Source: Vermamoeba vermiformis
Taxonomy: Eukaryota
Direction: 5' to 3'
DNA: 64,000 nucleotides
Assembly (NCBI GenBank): GCA_045837725.1
Contig: JBEWZL010000083.1
Coordinates: forward strand, 124,001 to 188,000
Both the position numbers and the translations under genes were made by a program. Shown here in pieces: positions 56,893 through 64,000 of this stretch (the first letter of the stretch is position 1; every line of letters starts with the position of its first letter). The notes under the pieces were generated by a model, which was given only the letters and a program-made list of their open reading frames with translations, had not been told where the DNA came from and searched no databases.

Positions 56893-57917
56893 CTATTCTG
56901 CTTGGTGGAGAGCCATAAAAGTGCTCTCATCTGGTCTATTTACATTGGTATTATTGGCTGGAGCTTCGCGGGCTGGTGGCAGTTTGCGCAATACAAACAA
57001 TACGAGCATGGAGGGCAATACCTCAACGAGTACAAAGTACAGGCCCACTACAATACAATCATGTTATTTAAAGAGTTTACAACAATACTTCTCTCGACGT
57101 ACCGAAATACGGATTCAGATCCACCCACGGTGCAAAGGTGGAGAAGGCAAGCAAGACAGCGCGGCCAATGAATGCGAAGGTGCATATGACAGTCACCGCA
57201 CCGACCTCGCGCAGTTTGCTCGCGCGTCCAGCAGTGTCGAGCGGGAAGTTCTTGAGCAGCAAATAGAGCCTGCCGCCGTAGAGGACGAATCCGAGACTGG
57301 CGAGCAGTGAAATGCAGCAGAAGAACATATTCTCTGCGATGGATATCTGCTGATTGTACTGATCGAGACAGAAGAGCAAGATCCAGAACAAGATCTGCAC
57401 CAAATAGACGGTGACATTGACGGTGAAGAAGATGGGTCTAAGACGCTGCGTAAATGTCTTGCTCTGATGGCGCACTTGATGTATAATGAGTGCCCAGAAC
57501 AATATGAGCAGCGTGTAGGTCGAGAAGTAGATGATGCGCGGCAAGTTGTTCAGCAGCGTGAACAAAGGCTCGCGATCGAGATTGAAGTCCATGAAGAGAT
57601 TGTCTTGCTCCTCGCCATTGTTAATAAAATAGACTATCGCGAAGAACACTGCGCGCACTGTTGCAATAGGACGATTAGCACGCGTGTGTGATAGCGATAA
57701 TAATTTCGAAGATCTCGATCCAAAATAAATAAATCAGCCTAGTGCGCGTACCTATCGATGAGAGGGCAGTGAGGGTCAAGAACAACTTCTGCGTCGTCCA
57801 GCCGACCTCTGGTGCGCGGAAATGGATGCGGATCAGCTGCACGAGCGGCAGAATGACGAGGGGAATGTAGAGCCCACTGAGCACGAATAGGACAATCTCG
57901 AGTGGTGTGAGTGACAT
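56893..57917 (-). CDS. TOM1/THH1 (DUF1084) / GPR137-like multipass membrane protein
   Basis: LVQLIRIHFRAPEVGWTTQKLF, FSTYTLLILFWA, GFVLYGGRLYLLLKNFP, VEVLPSMLVLFVLRKLPP. Confidence 0.85.
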
Positions 57918-58138
57918 GGCGTCGAGGTCAGTGCTGTATATTTAGCGAGAATAGAGCGCTGTCTTGTGCGCAGTTCTCGTCGCGAACAGATGTGTCACAA
58001 TGAAAATAAAGAACTTGTTGCAACGAGAACAGCACGCATTATCCGTACCATTCGTATATATACACACCATATATATACACAGCACTAGTAATTCAGCACA
58101 CAGCACAGTTCTGGTTAATGAAAGAATAAGGCATTCAG

Positions 58139-61013
58139 ATGGCTGACTTGGCTCGTTCAAATGATCAGCCTTTAGCGGCGAGTAATACAGAGCTATCGAT
58201 TATTGACGACCAGCCTATCGATGTACCTATTGAGCCTGAAGATGGCTGGCAAGTGATTATGTAAGTGGATCGAAAATAATTATTATAAATTGATTATTAT
58301 TATAATTCAACGGCTTGTTAATTTGCTTCAACCTGCGATATATAGGCACGATGAAAATGAAGGCAAGATGGTGATAGTGAATCAGCAAACAAAAGAGCTC
58401 GATATTTACGTGAGTGTGACGCGATCGCGTTGGGCGAGTCAGATGCGCAACAAAACACTTGCAGCACCGAGCAGCGATGCTACGAGTGATAGTGATACGT
58501 GCCCGGTGTGTCACCAAACTGTTGCTATCACTGCGCACGAGCATGAGCCCTCAGATGAGCTCGTACTGGCAGCACCGCAAGTAAGTTTGATCTGCACTCG
58601 GATGTGCATGGCGCGTGACGTGCGTATGAAAAGATATGCCGTTTCAAGCCCCTATGTACTCATGCGGGTACTAACGCGCGTGTTAGGCGGAAGATCAAGT
58701 GTACGTGGATCGGGACTACTTTGTTGCGCTCAACACCGTGTCGGAAGCAGCTCCGAGCACACCTCCGACAGCCGAGTCCGCACCAACCCCCTCGCGTCTG
58801 GCCCATCTGATGAATGGAGGCTATTATCGCCGCTTTTTCCAAGAAGAGAAACGACTCGGCTCAGGCGGCTACGGCGCGGTGTATTTGGTGCGCCATCAGA
58901 TACGCGGCGTAGATCTCGGTCACTACGCGCTGAAGAAAGTGCCGTGCGGCGAGGACGAAGAGTGGCTGGTGCGCGTGCTGCGCGAAGTGACGGTGCTGCA
59001 AGCGCTGACCAAACACCCGCATCTGGTCAACTACAAGCACGCGTGGCTGGAGCTGGATCAGATCGCGGACTTTGGACCGCAAGTGCCGTGTCTGTTCATA
59101 CTGATGGAGTACGCCAACAGCGGCAATCTCTACGACTACGTGGTGCGCAGTGGTGTGAAGCTGAGTGCGAATGAGCTGCGCGTGCGCAAGAGGAAGGGCG
59201 ACTTGTTGGCTGCCGTGCCACTCAATGCCGACCTCGTGTGGAGCTGTGAGTAGTATACTATAGTGCTAGTATCATATAGTGTTAGTGTAGCAGTGACTGA
59301 TCCCCTCTGCTAGTCTTCCTCGACATACTGCTCGGACTGGACTGCATGCACGCGTGCGACATGATCCACCACGATCTCAAGCCGCAGAATATCTTGCTGC
59401 ATGCCACTACCAATAATGGCAATGTGCGCGGTGGCACGGACCAGACACCTGTCATCACGTGCCTCATTTCCGATTTTGGCACCAGCGAGGCACTCAAGGG
59501 CATTGCTGTCACCTCGGAACACGACGCCGAACAGCGGAACAATCACCTCGGAACATTGGAGTGGCTGGCACCGGAAGTGGTGCGCGAGACTATAAATAGC
59601 AGCAGCGATGCGAGCGATCAACAAGTGCGCATGAGCGGTGACATCTGGTCCCTCGGCATGATCCTCTACTTTATGCTCTGCAAGTACGTGTTAAAGATTG
59701 CCTAATTTGGTAGTACTCACCACAGTTGTATCTCGCGCAGGAGATTGCCGTACCAGAGCTCGACGCTGGATCAGATCTTGGACATGGAGGCCCTCAAGCG
59801 CGAGATCTGCGAGTTCAGTCACGTGACTTATCCTGCGGAGTGCGCGGTACCCGAGGATTTGAAGGCCCTGGTCGAGCTGATGTTGCGTCCCAACCCACGT
59901 GATCGTCCCACCACGCAGCAGCTGTTGAGTCACGTGACCGTGGTGCAGAAGTTGGCGGCACTGCACCGCACGATGAGCTATCACGAGAGCATTGTGCAGC
60001 ACAATGTGCGCGAGGTGAGCACTACGCAGCTGACACGTGATCAACCACGTGATCAGACACGTGATCAGCTGGCACTCTCCTCAGACTCCATCTCGCTCTC
60101 CGACAGCACCAGCTCACTGCCGCGACTCATCACGCCACCCATGACGCGGAGGGCCTCCGAGATCAACACGAGACCCACGCCACAGACCTCCACCGCTGCT
60201 GATGCTAAAAATAGCGCTGTTCCCAAAAAGGATCCAGGCCGCACCAAGTTCTCCAACCGATTCAGCCGTCAGAATGCACGTGCGAGCTCCTATTTTAAGC
60301 CCAATTCGTTCACGAATGGCATACCGAGCAGTGGTATACCCCCGCGCTCGCCACGTGCCAGCAACAATATTCCGAGCTCGTTCATGGCCAGTCCCCCGCC
60401 CTCGCTGGGCAGCACACCTCTGCCCTCGTACGACGATCTGTTCGAGTACTTCAAGACCAACAAGATGGCACCCAATCTCGCACCCAACACGACTGCCAGC
60501 ACGAGTGTCAAATTGACACCTGTCAACAGCTCACTCGCGCCAGTGTGGAAACAAGTCGCCAATCTGCTGCTGTTCCTGCTGCGCATGGCTCAGAGTGCCG
60601 TGGGGTGCAGCAGTCTCGCCCACACCGCGCCCAGTCACCAGTACGTGCTCGTCGTGCTGGCTGCTGTCACCTTGCTGCTCTCCGTGCACAAGCGCACCAA
60701 AATTCCGCAGATTGTGATCACGTGTCTGTTGTGGCTGTGGACCGGTGCCTACTATCTGAGTGGTCGCTACTGCACGCCCCTGCTCGCAGACCTCGCTGCA
60801 GCACCGCTCACTGCACCCTCACTCAGCGCCCTCGCCTACGCCACGCTCTGTTACGCACTCGCGCTCGTGCTCTTGTTCGCCGATCAGCAGATCGAGCGAC
60901 TCATGGGCTGGAACGCGGAGCAGGACAGCAAGGAGCAGAAGTCCTATGCGCAGGGTGAAGTGGATTGGAATGCTGTCAGACAACAGCTGCAACAGCTCAA
61001 GAAGCGGCGCTAG
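58139..61013 (+). CDS. IKS1: IKS1-family Ser/Thr kinase with C-terminal transmembrane helices
   Basis: YYRRFFQEEKRLGSG, LGHYALKKVPCG, NYKHAWLE, FGPQVPCLFILMEY, HHDLKPQN, ISDFG. Confidence 0.85.
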
Positions 61014-61245
61014 ATCTGCGTCTATTATTAGCTTCTTAATATCTGTAAATAGGAACGATTATTTATTGTACAAAGCAATACACTTGTCACATAATAACCC
61101 CAGTAAATACTGTACAGTACACATGCTCTGGTCCAGATCTCGAAATTTCAGTTCAATTTGTCCGACAGAAAGTTTTCAACTTGTCACACAAGTCTTTCTA
61201 CAGCAGCTATTACATCACTGTATCAGGTAGCACAATACACTAACA

Positions 61246-63067
61246 ATGGCTAGTACATCTACACGCGGTCAAGTCAGTAATGTTTGACAAGACGCGTGAC
61301 TCACCACTAATCAATATTTGAGCAGGATGAGGCCAACAAATTCATTGAATTTTTAAATCGCTCACGATCACCCTTCCATGCTGTTGGCAAGTAGCTACAT
61401 CCTCTATTCGCATGTGATTGCCATTAAAATAGTCCTTATTTAAAATAATTATTTTGCGCGGTGTAAATTACTTCGTCTGAATTGTCGATAGCCCCCCATA
61501 CTTACTAATACCTCTACTCCCCAGCCAATATGGTGGCCATGCTGAAGCAAGCAGGCTACGAGCCCTGGCACGACGACACCACGCCGCAAGTGCAGCCCGG
61601 CAGCAAGTACTACATGACGCGCAATCAGAGCTCACTCATTGCATTCCACGTGCCTGCGAGCTACGTGTTGGGCCAGCACGGTGTCACTGCTGTCGCGGCA
61701 CACACGGACTCACCCGTGCTGCGTCTCAAGCCGAAGAGCGTGCAGCAGGGCAGTGGCTATTTGACACTCGGCGTGCAGACCTATGGCGGAGGACTGTGGC
61801 ACACGTGGTTTGATCGCGATCTCACCGTGGCTGGACGCGTCATTGTCGAGCACCAGGGCACGCACACCGCGCGATTGGTGCACGTGCCGCGCGCTCTGTT
61901 GCGCATTCCGACCCTGGCGATTCATCTGGACCGCGGAGTGAGCGAGGGCTTCAAGTTCAACAACGAGGAGCAACTCGTGCCCGTGCTGGCCACTGCTGTG
62001 CGCGCGCAGTTGGAGGACAGCAAAAGCGACAGCTGTGACAGCAGACACCACGCACTGCTCATTCGCGTGCTTGCGGAACAACTCCAGTGCAAGCCCGAGC
62101 AGGTATACCCGCTGTCTGTATACCGTTAGTTGTTCCGCGCTAATCATTGCAACTATTTCACGGACAGATCCGCGAGTTCGAGCTGTGTGTGTGTGACACG
62201 CAGCCAGCAGCATTGGGCGGGGCACTGAACGAGTTCATCTTCTCCGCGCAGCTCGACAACTTGATGTGCTCGTACTTGGCCGTGCAGGCACTCATTCGCG
62301 CGGAGGGTGCGGAGGCAGATCCGAACATCAAGCTGGTGGCACTGTTCGACAACGAGGAGTGTGGCAGCGAGTCCGCGCAAGGAGCCAACAGCAACATGTT
62401 GCAGCAGGTGATTGAGCGCGTGATTGCCAGTCTCAATCAGCAGCGGAACAACTCCGCCGAACTGACGCACGTGACGCTGCGCAAGTCATTCCTCGTCAGC
62501 GCGGACATGGCCCACGCCATTCACCCGAATGTAAGTGCAGCTAATTATAGCCCCTGCTGACAGCTGTCACTAGTACCCCTCCAAGCACGAGCGCAATCAC
62601 GCCCCGGGCATGCAGCGCGGACCAGTCATCAAGCACAATCCTAATCAGGCAAGTGCACTTAGTGTCACGTGATCACTGACCAATCGCCGTGCAGCGCTAT
62701 GCCACCACACCTGTCACCGCGCACCTCTTGCGTCTGATCGCCGAACAGCAGCACATTCCTTTGCAAGAATTCGTCGTGCGCAATGACTCCCCGTGCGGCA
62801 GTACGTACTGGCACTGTGCCACTGTTGTGTGTCGCACTAACCCCGTCCTACACAGCCACCATCGGTCCCATTCTCGCCTCCAAGCTCGGTGTGCGCACAG
62901 TGGATCTGGGTCTGCCGCAGCTGAGCATGCACTCCATTCGCGAGATGGCTGCTGTCGACGACCTCGTCTACGGACTGGATCTGCTCCGCGCAGTGTACCG
63001 CTCCTTCGCGACTGTCGATGCCACTCTCGTAGTCGACAAGGCCCTCGCGGATGTCACGCTGAACTGA
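61246..63067 (+). CDS. DNPEP: Aspartyl aminopeptidase (M18); includes two GC-AG introns
   Basis: [54 protein letters not shown]. Confidence 0.95.
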
Positions 63068-63631
63068 GCGGAGAATATTGCCCAATTTGTACACACGTCA
63101 TTCGTGTGGCTAAACACTTGGCGCATAAAATAATTGTCGAATGTTTCGTACAAAATACGTTAATGCAGTTTGATAATCCACAACCCCCATCAAATGCACT
63201 TCTCAAGGCACCAAAGAGCCGTGGGAATGGTATGGCCCAATAATACTACCCCTCCACTCCGTTATCAGGACTTGACTACGAAAAGGCAATCGAAAGTGGA
63301 GAGGTGTGGCTAGTTTATCGAGCCCTTAACTCATATTCAAGAAGTAGAAATATGTCACACCCGTGTTTATTCTTTTTGTACAACGACATACAACTATTTA
63401 ACTGTAGTATTCTAGCCCACTAACAACTTTTGCAAGCGATACATTTGGTTGTAAATGCGGTGCGAGTGCCAAGTGCGCGTGAAGATTGAGAATTCTCGCC
63501 CAGCAAATTGGACGAAATTTCGTGTCACGTGCCTCCTTGGGATTGTCGAGGTTACCTGCACGGAGCTGAATAAAAACCCAACGCGTCTGTTCGGGGCATT
63601 ACATTCAATCCTACTGATATAACCAACACAC

Positions 63632-64000
63632 ATGGAGTCTTCACAACGACGATTGCGCACCGTATTGAGCCACTTGAACGAACAGCCGCAAGCTCAATCT
63701 GTTCGCGTTCAACATACTAAAGCTTCTCTCCCTGACAAGAGCGATAATGACGTTGTGATCGTCAGGTAATTATTATTAATAACGATAAATTGCAACCTTG
63801 ATTATTGCACGATCAGATTGATTTATTATTATTTCGAATATTATTATTAATTTCAAAATTAGTGCTGTCAGAACACCCATTGGTAAATCCAAGAGAGGAA
63901 ATTTGAAGGACACTCACTGGACTGATATGTTGGCCCATGTCTTGAAGGAAGTTGTCGAGCACGATCCCAAAGTCAAATCCGGCATTAAGAAAGAAGACGT
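63632..64000 (+). CDS. ACAA1: Peroxisomal 3-ketoacyl-CoA thiolase, 5' part (runs off the window)
   Basis: PTS2 RLRTVLSHL; DVVIVSAVRTPIGKSKRG. Confidence 0.85.

Overview
This is gene-dense eukaryotic nuclear DNA with about 33 protein-coding genes split by many short (mostly 40-200 nt) spliceosomal introns. The gene set (SmgGDS/darlin-like ARM protein, IKS1 kinase, KICSTOR and Ragulator subunits, TOM1/THH1-family protein, secreted PHB-depolymerase-like enzyme) suggests a free-living amoeboid protist, probably an amoebozoan; that assignment is inference. Recognisable genes include ACOT9, ZNF330, an M1 aminopeptidase, a histidine acid phosphatase, KICS2, an M17 aminopeptidase, GALE, ORC1, EMG1, XRCC1, GAR1, a USP, an ArfGAP, an OSBP, LAMTOR4, IKS1, DNPEP and a peroxisomal thiolase. 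The main signals not shown by the ORF track are: (1) four consecutive enlarged introns of the M1 aminopeptidase each appear to carry a snoRNA, three C/D with recognisable rRNA guides and one H/ACA-like; (2) gene bodies, both introns and codons, are heavily seeded with palindromes matching dimeric transcription-factor consensus sites (TGACACGTGTCA/TCACGTGA, CArG and MEF2 boxes, TTCASTGAA); (3) a STE20 kinase fused to two CBM20 glycogen/starch-binding modules; (4) a 26-aa Val/Pro tandem-repeat protein with a Q/G-rich head; (5) a 2.1 kb CpG-depleted, ORF-poor island; (6) three +1 frameshifts that are probably assembly errors. All gene models were spliced by eye, so internal boundaries are approximate, and motif counts are manual minimums.
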